A DNA stretch of 48,825 nucleotides from contig NC_068984.1 of assembly GCF_001194135.2 (NCBI RefSeq), forward strand, positions 39,794,427 through 39,843,251, in the 5' to 3' direction. Numbering within the stretch: the first letter of the stretch is position 1; each line of letters begins with the position of its first letter. The position numbers were made by a program, and so were the translations under genes. A model generated the notes under the pieces. That model had not been told where the DNA came from, ran no database searches, and worked only from the letters and a program-made list of their open reading frames with translations. This document shows positions 12,901 to 25,717 of this stretch, one piece after another. This DNA is from Octopus bimaculoides (lineage: Eukaryota).

Positions 12901-15900
12901 GAAATATAATATTCACTGCAAAATAAATTAGAACTATTCAGTTCAGCTTTATCATTGTAATTACAAATTATGTAAATCATCTTTGTTTTTATTTAATAAA
13001 CATTCTATGTGTTTTTGGATTCTTTTTTGCTTTTTTTTATCTTTTTAATAATTCACCATCAGAATCCAGTTTCCATCACTGTAGTTTTTGGAGCCAACTG
13101 TAAATCTTACATTATATCCCTACACAAAATACACACCACAACATAAGCTTCTTGTTGAATTAAGATTGTTTTTTCCTTTTTAGATTCTATTAGCAGCGGA
13201 ACATCCAGCTGTCTTGGAAGTCCAATGCCAACTATTCCTTGTACCCCTCCACGAAGTAGTGTCAGTCCACATTTTATAGGGAGCAGTACCGCATCAGCTC
13301 CTATTCAATCCCCTCTGCAAACTAACTCTGCAGGTAAATAATATTTTGATTCAAATTCTTTATATTCAAAAGAAAAAAAAAATAGGAGCAGTCCAATTTT
13401 AAACATGGGAAAACACTTTTAATTAGATCTCTGATAAATACAAAATGCAGTCATCTACTATGGTGCTTTTATTATTGAAATACATTTATATAATGCAGTT
13501 GATTTTTATGCAACTGAAAATTGTTTCAACATATGTACATATTTTTCTTATATCTTTAATTTTGAAATAGTTTGTTTATAAAAAAAATTATTTCATTTAC
13601 TTTTTAATGCATTAATTATCCGTTCTACATTACTGTTAATCAACAGGTTTGTTTTTTTACTTTTTAAACAGTGGAATGTAGAAAGGCAAAATTTTAACTT
13701 TCAAAAAGAGATATTATTATAACCTACTTATTGAAGCAAGCTCAATTTTTATTACTCTTTTTGCTCCACTGCCTATGTTTTCAATTTTTCTTCAAGTGGA
13801 AATAAAAACACACTAAATCAATTACTAAAGCTCTATAAATCAACACCCAACAAAGGATATGCAAAGAGTTATTGATTTATATTACTTTGTGAATAGTTTT
13901 TTTTTTCTTTGTTTTTATTTTGCAGTGAGCAATTGATTTTAGGTAGCTTTTCTATAAAACCCACACTGGACTATCTAGCATTATAATTTGAAAGTGAATT
14001 CCAAAAAATTGACAATATAGATGTTATTAGTAAACTGAAATGCTACAAGAATTTAGCAACTTATATATTTGACATTAATTTGGTCTTCACCTATGCATAA
14101 ACTAACAGAATGGATGTGTGTGTAAATGTATTCATTTGGGTACAGATCAAAATATCAAAATTCATTTTTATCATTTATTGTGCTTTTCAATCATTTGTAT
14201 ATTTCTTTGCTCTCTTTAATATGATGAACTCTGCCTTACAAAACTCATTAGTCATATCTCCCATCAAGGATTTTTCATGTTATTTTCCATTCTCATGTTA
14301 ACTACCTCTGTATGCTACAATACTGCTTCCTCTCATATATAGCTTGCTTAGATGCTACTATGGTTAACATGTTGGAAAATATTTGCAGTTGTTCATAGCC
14401 CAATGTGCTATGATATAATATAAAATCTATTATTTCATTATTATATTTCCCTCTTTCATATGTCTTATGCCATTCTAGGTAATGTTTTTAATAGTTTCAC
14501 ACAATAAAAGATTAAATGAAGCAGATAAAAAGGGATTTTTTAAAATCATTATTTCATGTCAAAATTATGGACAATATGCTTCATATTATCTCTAATTTTG
14601 TAAGACAAAAACTAGATGAAAAGCAATAATGTGCTGATTTTTATAGCAGACCTCTCAGAGATCATTTACAGGTTAATTAAAATGGGAAGCCTATATGCTG
14701 TCAATGTCAGGAAAATCTACTTAAAAATTTGAGTGGCAATTTTATCACTGCTGCAACATCTCTGCTTTGTACTTGTTCTATTAGTACTGCCATGGATGAT
14801 GTGCCAAGGAACTCTCGTGTCCCACCAAAGTCATCTCATACACACATTGCATTTACAATCATTGCTGAGTCTATAGAAGTGAATTGTTTGAGACCTGGAA
14901 AGGGGGATTAGAGTCAAAGCCGTTACACCAGAATCATTATGCTCATCTCAGAGTATGGATATAAGTATATTTCCTTTGTGCTTTTTTTTTAATGTTTCTC
15001 TATGGTTTTTGCAAACATTACTGCATCATATAATTCTGATTGTACTTTACGAATAGACACAATGATAGCTAGTATTCTGTTATGCATATTAGCTTTGTAA
15101 TAAATGTCTTCTGCATTGTATATATACTCTTCTTCTTGCTATCATTGATATGGTCTTAAAAGTAAGCAACTGCTATCTTGGTTATATTTAACTTAAAATT
15201 CGATTTCTTATTTGAGCTTGCAATCCTAAAGGACGTGCATGTCTATCTCTTGGATTGCCATTTCTTTCTGTGATGCTATGCCTAGTTAGTTACTGAAGTT
15301 AAAATTATTGGATACCTGCAATTGATACTCTAAAATAAATGTTTATACTCTTGTATTTGTAATAAGGAAACATTGCTATTCTGCATAAGTCATCTAAAAG
15401 TATAACTGCTCCAAAAATAAAGTGATCTCTTGCATGTCAGCAGTCCCCACATTAGGGAAAGTTCCTTTTTTTTTTTTTTTTTTTTTTTCAGTAAAACAAA
15501 AATATTATATATACAGCGGTACTACAGTGGTAAGGTGAACAAATACAACTAGGTTTATGCCACAGTATTTTGTGAGTAAATATATCTGACAAGATCAACC
15601 TAATTTGTATCAGTTTTAAGAAATAGATATTAAGAATAGAAATGATTAAAAATTAATCCCATATACATGGATACTGTCATTGAACCTTTTCATTCTTAAA
15701 TGGTTGTCATTTGGAATCAATTAAGCACAACTAATTCTAATGTGTGGTTGCTCTTCTTTCAGTTGTTGACATTTTTCATCACCATTCATCTGCCATGCTG
15801 GCATGAGTTGGATAGTTAGGCAGGATCCAAACTGTATCAAGCTCCAATAGCTACAGTGACATAGTTCCTGCAGTTGGATACCGTTTCTAATACCAACCAC

Positions 15901-18448
15901 TTCACAGTGTGTATTGGTTGCTTTTTTCACAACACCAGCACTAATGAGGTTGCCAAGTAATTTACAAGATAAAGAAAAAACTCCCCATTCTCAGCTAAGT
16001 GATGTAGTGGAGAGGCAGGTGATTTTATGCTACATGTTGAGAGGCTAAAGCATAATAGAGGGAGAGGCACAGGTGTCTTGCTAAAGAGGAAATACATGTC
16101 TACCCTTTTCATACCACCAGTACTGGAGTAGTGACATGTCCTCAACAAGATTAGAGGATCTCCATAACCTCATACTTTACAGAGTGTATTGTGTGTTTGT
16201 ATTGTGATACCAGCACTAGGAAGATAGCTATGTTCTCAACATGACTGAAGGAACCTCACAATCCTATGTCTCTCTTTGTTCATTAGCCTCATTACTGAGT
16301 GAGAAGCTTAAATGTTTGAGGCATAATTGAGAATGGTGGGAGAGATATTTGATAAACAGAAGAGTGATAGGAATGCTAAGTAATCTGAGATAGATACATA
16401 TGTACAGTGCAACATGAGTGAGATGGCAGAGTGATGACAAAAAACTATGACACGGGGTATAGAGAAATGACAGAGGCCCAGGATCTGTGGGCAAAAAAGA
16501 ATAGAGTATGTTGTCAGATATCAGATGGGGTAACACAAGATAATGATAGGTAGTACAAAAGAGGAGGCTGAAGGCAGAGGGAACTGGGCACAAGTGGTCT
16601 TGTGTAGCACCTAGATGGCCCATAGGGTCAAGTAAAAAAGATAGTGACATGTTGAATGGAAAGTAGGTTGGTCTTGTACCAGTGGGCAGCATCAAGAAGT
16701 GATGAGGAGGTGGTCAGAACAGAAGCAGTGGCATTATTAGTTACACTGGTTTGAAATAACATACAACAAACAAAAGCAATCCACTTCTATCATCAGTCGT
16801 ACTGGAAACATAGGACATTAAAGAAAGGAAGGAGTGATTGAGAAACAAGCAATAAGAATAGGTGAAAGAATGTAATGTGTGGCAAGCAGAAGACAGGTAA
16901 CAAAGGCATGGGAGATAGGGAGAGTGTAGTTTGTGGAGAAGAGAAGAGAGAGACCCAGGGCCATTCTTAGTTACACTAACAGCATCGTCCAGTGCAATTG
17001 ATAAGAGAAAAATTAATAATAGGGGCATTGGCATAGGAAGCACAACTAAGACAGATAAAAGCATGGATGACAGTAGTATGGGTAATAGATAGATGAGTGA
17101 CAGAGATATGTGATGTGAGGGATAAGAGATAGAGGGGTAAGCGTTATGGGTGTTGGAGGGGTGAGTGGGTATCAAGAGGTCAATGATATAGGTTACACAG
17201 TAGGTAGACTTGCATGCATACATATGTGCACACATGCACATCATACTTTCATAAGTCCAATGATGTATGCCTGTGTGTAAATATACATAACAGTTTGTCG
17301 TATGTATTAACGCATGTGAATGTTGACATTCTGTAGCTTCGCTTGATCAAAACATTGAGCAATGTTTACATCTCTTGTTGACATGACCTGTTGCTCTGTG
17401 ATTTCAAAGACCTGTGGAATAAAAAAAAATAACTTTCTTGAAAAACAGGCACTGGTTGGTAATAAGAAGAGCATCTGGCCATAAAATCTTCCCTCAAATA
17501 TATCCCTGACCCCTTGACTAAGCCAAGCTGTCTAGCAAAAAAAAAAAAAAACAGACATTATATGAAAGAATGAATAATATATATTATATACATATGTACA
17601 AGAGAAAAATGAACCCCTTTGGGCTCTGATCAGAACATAGATATGATAGAAAATATCCATACCAATTCTATTTTATCAAATGGGAAAATGTTGAAGAGAT
17701 GCATATAGTTTATCAATAATTAGCTCTTATAAATATTTTAGAACAAAATCTATTTTGCAATGCATGTTGAAAGGTTCCAGTTCAATTATTGTATCAACAC
17801 TAGTTTCAATAGTAATGGTAAAATAGATTAATGTGAAAGCTGTTATGATGAGCTTAAAATTTAATCCAAACTGAGTTAAGGATTAGCTTATCAATGCAGA
17901 TTAAAATATCTAGGAATTTGATTTTGTAATATTATTATTATTAAGACGTTTTAATATCATTTTAAATACTTACTAGCTAAATCTAAAGCTGATCTCCTCA
18001 GTAAAAAGAAAAAGCTAAAGGAACCTAGAACTAATAAACTAGGTAATAATTGAATGAATAAAAGCAAACCAAATTCAAGAATCTATTAATAAAAAATTAT
18101 CTTGAAATAAACTATTCTTTTTAAAATAGCTACTGTTCCCTAATAAGTTTGTTTGTAATGATGCTCAATTTTCATCAACCTCATTTCACAGCCATGTCTT
18201 ACAGCTAGCCCTCATCCTTGTTAGAGTAGGGAGAGTTTTCAAAACTTCAGCCTTCCATTTCAAATTCTAGTCACAAACCTATCACTAATTATAGCACCAT
18301 CACTGATTAATTTACTGTGGTTACATGACCTAAACAACACTACTATTAATTTAATACTCAAACTTCACATGTCAATTCTTTGCATGGCCCTTATTTTCAT
18401 TTAATAATATCAATTACTTAAGCATAAAGTCTTCACTAACAGTACTTA

Positions 18449-18501
<53 letters not shown>

Positions 18502-19967
18502 CCTTCCACTACTTCCAAATTCTGAAGATTACTTATTGATTCAATAATTTAAAAAACCATGCATTTTTTCTCAGTTTATTGAGTTCCAGGCTGCTTAAGA
18601 GACATGTGAGGGTTAAAAACAGAACTTCAGCATTTAATTGAGCTTCCTGCTTTAGCTCATATAATTCACTGATCAGTATACTCATTTTTAGATTTTAATC
18701 ATACTTCTCCAGATCAGTGTGTGTGTGTGTATACCTGCTTATTTGAGGGATTCATTAGCATTAAAACATCTTCAGTTGCATGTTTTCAGATACATGGCAC
18801 ACATATTTGAAAATTCTGTTTTAACAATTACCTCTAATTATTTACTGCTTGTTTACATATAATCTAATATAAATGCATTATATTTGTTTTGAAACCTCTG
18901 AAAAAGGTTTTAATCATTTGAAATAATACTTAATCACATTTCCAATTAAAACGCTGTATATAAATAATTATGCTTTTACTCAATGTAAAGCATTTAAATT
19001 TCTACAACTATATATCATAGCTAGTGCATAGTGCCTTCAACTGCTATGAAACACAGACATTTCACATCTCAAGAAAACAAAACCATGTATTGCTTTTCGA
19101 ATTTATTGTTTGTTTATAACTTCCTTTTAAATGATAATAAATACCAAATTCAATTATACATTAACTTCTCTAAACTAACTGAATTCTCTTTTCCAAGTTT
19201 TGGATGACTTCAAATAGACTCTTTGGTCTCAGACTAGACAAAACCAGATTTGCTAATATTTTCATTTGCCTTACATTGAAAATATTTTGACTATTGTGTT
19301 TCTAAGCTAAAACAACTTCATATAGTCACATCTTGTCACAGGGTTAACTCAAACTAATCTTATATGTTTGTGTGTTTGTGTTTCTTTGGATATTTTAAAT
19401 GCATCATCCTTTTATTAGTCTTATTTAGTCTTCCATTCTTTCTTACTGTCAGTCAAAATCTTAACTTGCTCAATCTCTCTCTCTCTCTCTCAATGTCATT
19501 CACCCTCAATAACATAATCATTATGTATTGAAAAGCTTTCATCTATTATTCTTATACTGCTGTACTGTTATATATCATATTGCATCATGTTAATTGTTTT
19601 ATAAGTGAAAGTTCTCACAATCGTTTCCCTCACAGGCATGTTACTATATTTAGCCCTTCCTGTGTAGTAGGAAGATAATCCCTGAACTCTGCTTTTAGGA
19701 CATATGTAAATTTTTAACTTTCAGAAACTATTCAGTCAAATGCAGTTATAATATGGGTGTGTGTGTATGTATGCATGCACACACATAAATTTTGGTGTAC
19801 TAACAATGCTTAGGTCATAAATCTCTTGCGTGGGAGCAGGGTGTACACATGCAGATTGATGTTAATTAAAATTTGTCACATTCATTACTTCATTTGATAT
19901 TGTCTAAAAGAAATGATCTGTCCCACCTTTAAATGAATCATTGAAACCAGAAAATTTTAAATCCATT

Positions 19968-20038
<71 letters not shown>

Positions 20039-22576
20039 ATGTAAAGACAAATGAAATACTGCAAAGGAATTTGCCTGGCATGCTAACAAATAATAATAAG
20101 GGCCACATACTTGATATAGATCTGTTAACCTTAAAAAGCTACGTTACGAGCAATGTTTACATACAGAGAACTCGGAAACGGTGTTGTCTTAAAAAAATTA
20201 ACCCTAAACAGACAGATCCATCCCCTAATGTCAACGTCGAAGCTCGTCATGCCTCACTATTAACAAAGCAAAATAAATACGAACTGGAATGGTCATCAAC
20301 CGGATTACAAAAGGCCACATACTCGAATGAGTAACCATATTTGATGCGAGAAATCAGCTACTGGTTCAAATCTTCCCAACACTCAGGAGCTGGAAGTACC
20401 CCACAACCGGAATATTCCAACAGATGACCATCTGTTGGAACTGCCCATATCTCATGTAAAATACTGTTTATGTATTCTCAAATTTTAAAACAAACACATA
20501 ATTTTCTTAAGGTTTCTTAAACATTCTCTAGAACAACACTATGTACAAAACCAAATATATGGCACCGTAGGCATAACCCCACCATGAACTTCTAACTTGT
20601 TGTCTCTTGAGGTCTCTGGGTGAAACTTGGAGCCAACTTGTACAAATGCAAAACAAAAGTCAAACATAAGATAATAATAATAATANNNNNNNNNNAGCCA
20701 ACTTGTACAAATGCAAAACAAAAGTCAAACATAAGATAATAATAATAATATTGTGACCATAGGTAACAGAAATATGTTCAGTTAGTATTTTTGATTGAAA
20801 ACAGATTAAGAATTCCTTAATTGTGAATTACCTTCAAACCAGTAACTTATTTATTCATATTCTAATAACAATTTACAATAAATGTATAAACTCAAAATAC
20901 CATTGACTAACTAGATACTTTACTTGTTTTGATTTTATCAGTTTGAGAGACACCATTACAATTCACTAGTTAAGGGTTGTGCATTAAAGAATAAATCCAA
21001 CTATAAGTTTATTAAACCTTTTTGACCTCTGAGGGTTCCATTTATTTATGATATAGATCTGCATAAGGATCTCAAATCCTGTCTGTATTTATTCATGTAT
21101 GTTTATTTTTAGTCCCAAGTTAATAGCAGTTTCTCATGTAATAGCAGGTTTAAAGTCTTTTAGTTTGGATTTTGTTTAGAAAATCTTTTAAACATCAGTT
21201 TTAAAATTCATATTGAGCTAGTGAAAGGATATTGTAGATGTTTTAATTATTTGCCTTTCTTTCTACTTGATTCTTTTCCTAAACATCCACAATTCTATTA
21301 TTTCTATGTGTATGCTTATCTTTGTACTGTATTTGAACTTTTGTTTCTTTCAGATATTTTATAATGCACTACAAAATATAACCGATAGATTTTACCCAAC
21401 ATTGTATGCATAGACAGATGCAAACATCTTATCTGTATATATAATTTCTTTGACATAAAAAAAGAGAGGAGTTAACCAATTAAATAAGCAAATTGGCTGT
21501 CAATTGACTTAAGCTTTTAGTAATAGTGAGTTTATAAGTAGTGTGTTCATGAGCAGTTAAAAATAGTTACTCAATCACTGATGAAATCCTAACACAGAAT
21601 TGAAACTAATCTATTTGATCCCTCTTTTTTCTGTCCATAAAGATACTGTGTATACAAAATGTTTTAACTAATGGCTATATATACAGTGTTGGCTAAAAAA
21701 AAACTATAGATATATTCTATAGTACTGTATAGTAAGAAACAAAAATTGCTGTTAATTCACCTGACCAAAAGAGTAAGTTAAGCTTGCAAGGCTTGTCTTA
21801 ATCTTTCAGTCAAAGCTACATTTTTAACAGTGGCTACTCACTAATATCTATCATTGACTAAGTTTTTATCTATTTAAAACCCACTTGGCTGACTATATAT
21901 TTGAGCCAGTGATCAATGTGACCATTGTCTTGATGATCTTTACTTATGTCACAACTCACAACTCATACAAAATCTCAAAATTAAGAACTATTGTTAATTG
22001 CTAACAGCTGGAGCACACAGAATAGGCAGATACTCAGTATTGTACAATTAAAGTTAAAAAATGATGACCATCTTGGCATTTACATCAGCTTAACAAATTA
22101 CTTGTTGTAGCAACCACAAAGACCCTACATTGTCTCAGCTCCCTTACCACTTTCAACAAGGATTATGATTATACATTGAAACAGTTAGACTAGTCATTGT
22201 TGAGCCTCATTAGTATTTGATAGTCATATATATTACTCTGTACTAAGTGGCAGATGTGACAGTGAATATAGTTCAAATCACATCTTAGTAACAAATCTAA
22301 CTATTCATCTATACAACTATAAATCAACTTGCAATACATAAGCCACACAAATTTTTTATGAAAATGTAGTATAGAAACAAGGACAAAATATGAATTTAAC
22401 ATTTCAGTAAATCCATATTATTTTAATAATAATTAATTTCAGAGTAAATTTTTCTTTGTTTCTTTTTTCTTTCTTTCCATTTCATACCATTGCAAATGTC
22501 AATATACGTACAAGACAGTTTTTATTTTTTCTCTCATTTATTTATTATTTTTTCCAGGCTCACAGATTAGATCTTA

Positions 22577-22627
<51 letters not shown>

Positions 22628-25600
22628 CTATGTACAGAATTAACTTTATAGAATCCTTTTTTTTTTCTTTTATTAAAATTGCTAATGAAGCAAAATGAGC
22701 TTTTTATGCCTTCTAAATTTATAGCTGTTGTGATCATTAATATGACTTTTATTTCCAGGCAATTAATTCACCATCTCTCATTCTAATAATGAAGTTGTAT
22801 GTCTGTATGCATGTGTGTGTGTGACATAGAGAGAGTGAGAGAGGGAACTGGCTTGTTGGAATTATGTTATCTGTAAATTACTTCAATTAAAAAGAATAAT
22901 GATTTATAATCTGACCTAGAGTAACGAGATCCCAAAACATCCCTGTCAACAATGACATGATGAGAAAAGCAAGTTAACAGAAATGCTATTAAAAGATAAA
23001 ACACTAATAAATGAGATAAACACTGTTTTTTATTGTTATGCAATTTATTTCAGAATTCATCTCTACAAATGTTATTAATGTAGCTAAAAGCTAGTCTCAG
23101 TTATCCATCATATGCCGCCTTCCCTACTTATAATAATAATAATAATGAAATTATTGTGTATAGTGCTCAGGTGCACTACAACTCATCAAAGATGCACGTA
23201 CAGTACATAGAATTATGTACAAAAGTCAGGAAAGTGAACAGTGTATAAGTCATGATATACATGTGTGCATGCGTATGGAGGGTGGAGATATCAAGTGTAG
23301 TGTCGGTGAATTTCAGGAAGCATGGAGGTTTTAAAGGATGCGATGTCTCGGCAACCAACAACTGATGCATAGTTTGTTCTATGCCTCAGCAGCTCTGAGT
23401 GTGAAAAAATGTTTCTGAAAGTTATGGGAGTTGTGCTGTTTTCTGACTTTGTAGACATGCCCACGTGTGTTAGACTTATGGAGCTCAAAAAGGTGTTCAA
23501 GGTATTTGTTGTTGGTGTGATGGTTAATAATTTTGTAGGTGTTTACTAAGTCAGTTGCCAGATGTCGGAGCTTCAATGTATCTATGCCCAGGGAAGCAAG
23601 ACATTCAGTGTATGGTGGATGCCCGATCGAGGGTATTCGCTTGGTTTACACATCTCTGAACAGTTTTCAGAAGGTCAATGTCCTGAGCAAGATAGGGGTT
23701 CCAGACTGGTGATGCATATTTCGAATGTGGCCACACCATAGCCATATACAAGTTTAAATAGATAGCTGGAGAGTGGCTGACAAAGGTCTTGCTGAGTGAC
23801 GCCAAGACACCCTCGACTTTGACAGTTTTAGAGATGTGCTTTGTCCAGTGCAAATCGCTGCTGACAGTAACGCCCAGGTCACGTTCACAAGAAGACTTCT
23901 TGATATTAGTGTTGTGGAGAGAGTATGTGGATGCTGGGTTTTTCCTCCCAAAATGCATGGTGGTACGCTTATCCACAGTCAGCTTGAGTTGCCAGTCCGT
24001 GATCCACTGTTGCATTGTGTCCAGGTCCGATTGCAAGAAGGATCTACTGTGTTCAGGATCTGTCTTTTTCATCTCAAGATACAGATTGATGTCATCTGCA
24101 TATTTCAGCACCATGGCATTTTTTAAGTTGGCATCTATGTCATTGTCATATTTTATCCTTTTCTTTTTCTACTATTAGAGACCTTCTTTTACATTTTCTT
24201 TCCCAGCAGCCTTATTCTAGTATCTAGAGAATAAATATGATATATATATGCTAAGCAATATTATCAATGTGAATGAAATGGTTGCCAAGATTTTCAATGT
24301 AAAATTATATAATTGTGTAATTTCATTTGGGAATTATTTTATACACATATATAACCCATTTTATAATATTTAATAAAGAATTTTATGAATGAAATAAAAT
24401 TATATTGATCATTATAAGCTCCTGTTTGAGATAGAAAAAGAAATTAGTCCACTGACAAAATTTAAACCATCAATTATTTGGCAGGTGCTCTGTGATGTAA
24501 TCACTAACATGNNNNNNNNNNNNNNNNNNNNNNNNNNNNNNNNNNNNNNNNNNNNNNNNNNNNNNNNNNNNNNNNNNNNNNNNNNNNNNNNNNNNNNNNN
24601 NNNNNNNNNNNNNNNNNNNNNNNNNNNNNNNNNNNNNNNNNNNNNNNNNNNNNNNNNNNNNNNNNNNNNNNNNNNNNNNNNNNNNNNNNNNNNNNNNNNN
24701 NNNNNNNNNNNNTGGTGAGATCAATAATGATTAAGTTGAAGCATTTAGGAAAACATTAGACAAGAAAAGAATTTCAGAGAGATGTTCTGGCAAAAAAAAA
24801 AGATTGCGCAGGTGTGGCTGTGTGGTAAGAAGCTTGCTTCCCAACCACGTGATTCCAGGTTCAGTCCCACTGTGTGACTTCTTGGGCAAGTGTCTTCTGC
24901 TATAGCCTCAGGCCAACCAAAGCCTTATGAGTGGATTTGGTAGATGGAAACTGAAAGAAGCCCGTCATATATATGTTTGTGTGTTTGTGTTTGTCCTCCC
25001 CACCATCACTTGACAACTGATGTTGGTGTGTTTATGTCCCCATAACTTAGCAGTTTGGCAAAAGAGACCAATAGAATAAGTACTAGGCTTACAAAGAATA
25101 AGTCCTGGGGTTGATTTGTTCAACTAAAGGTAGTACTCCAGAATGGCCACAGTCAAATGACTGAAACAAGTAAAAGAGTTTTTATCATGGGGTTGGTTGA
25201 CTGAAAGATACAATTGGAATAACTATGGAAGGAGAGTTGGACTATGGTCAAGATGGTGTGCTGATTGCTAAATCAGTGGAACAGATGGAGGTAAGGGTTT
25301 TGTAAGCTAGTTGTTGTGTAATGGTAAGTCTTTATTAGTCAGTGAGATGGTTAATTTGGGTATATTTGTGTGTAGAAGATCAATACTATGCCAGACATTT
25401 GAGCAGTTCTCTACTGTTGGTCTTAATTTATAAAATGAGTTGTAACTGGATTAGGGCTGAAGTATTTTGTGACTCTGAAGTAGAAGATTAGTCTTTGTGG
25501 TGGTCTTTTTCAATGTTATGCATGTGAAGTCACTATGAGACATCAGAGATTGTGGATTCTGGCATTTGTAGCTTCAATGTAATTTAGCTGTCATTTATGC

Positions 25601-25683
25601 ATAGATAAATATGGGACAAGTTTTTTTTTTTTTTAGATATTTGCATAGCTCACATGCCTGGTGAAAATTAGGTTGTCATCTCC

Positions 25684-25717
<34 letters not shown>

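Noticed and set aside
15895-15915. TCACAGTG (miR-128 seed-like) sequence
   Set aside because: Lies inside a family C repeat; rest of miR-128 absent; no hairpin
20631-20750. Perfect 55-bp direct repeat
   Set aside because: The two copies flank a 10-N gap; typical contig-overlap artefact
22242-22290. Small hairpin actaag..atgtga / tcacatcttagt
   Set aside because: Bulged 12-bp stem, too short and irregular for a pre-miRNA
24806-24880. tRNA-like A/B boxes
   Set aside because: SINE head, no cloverleaf; not a tRNA gene
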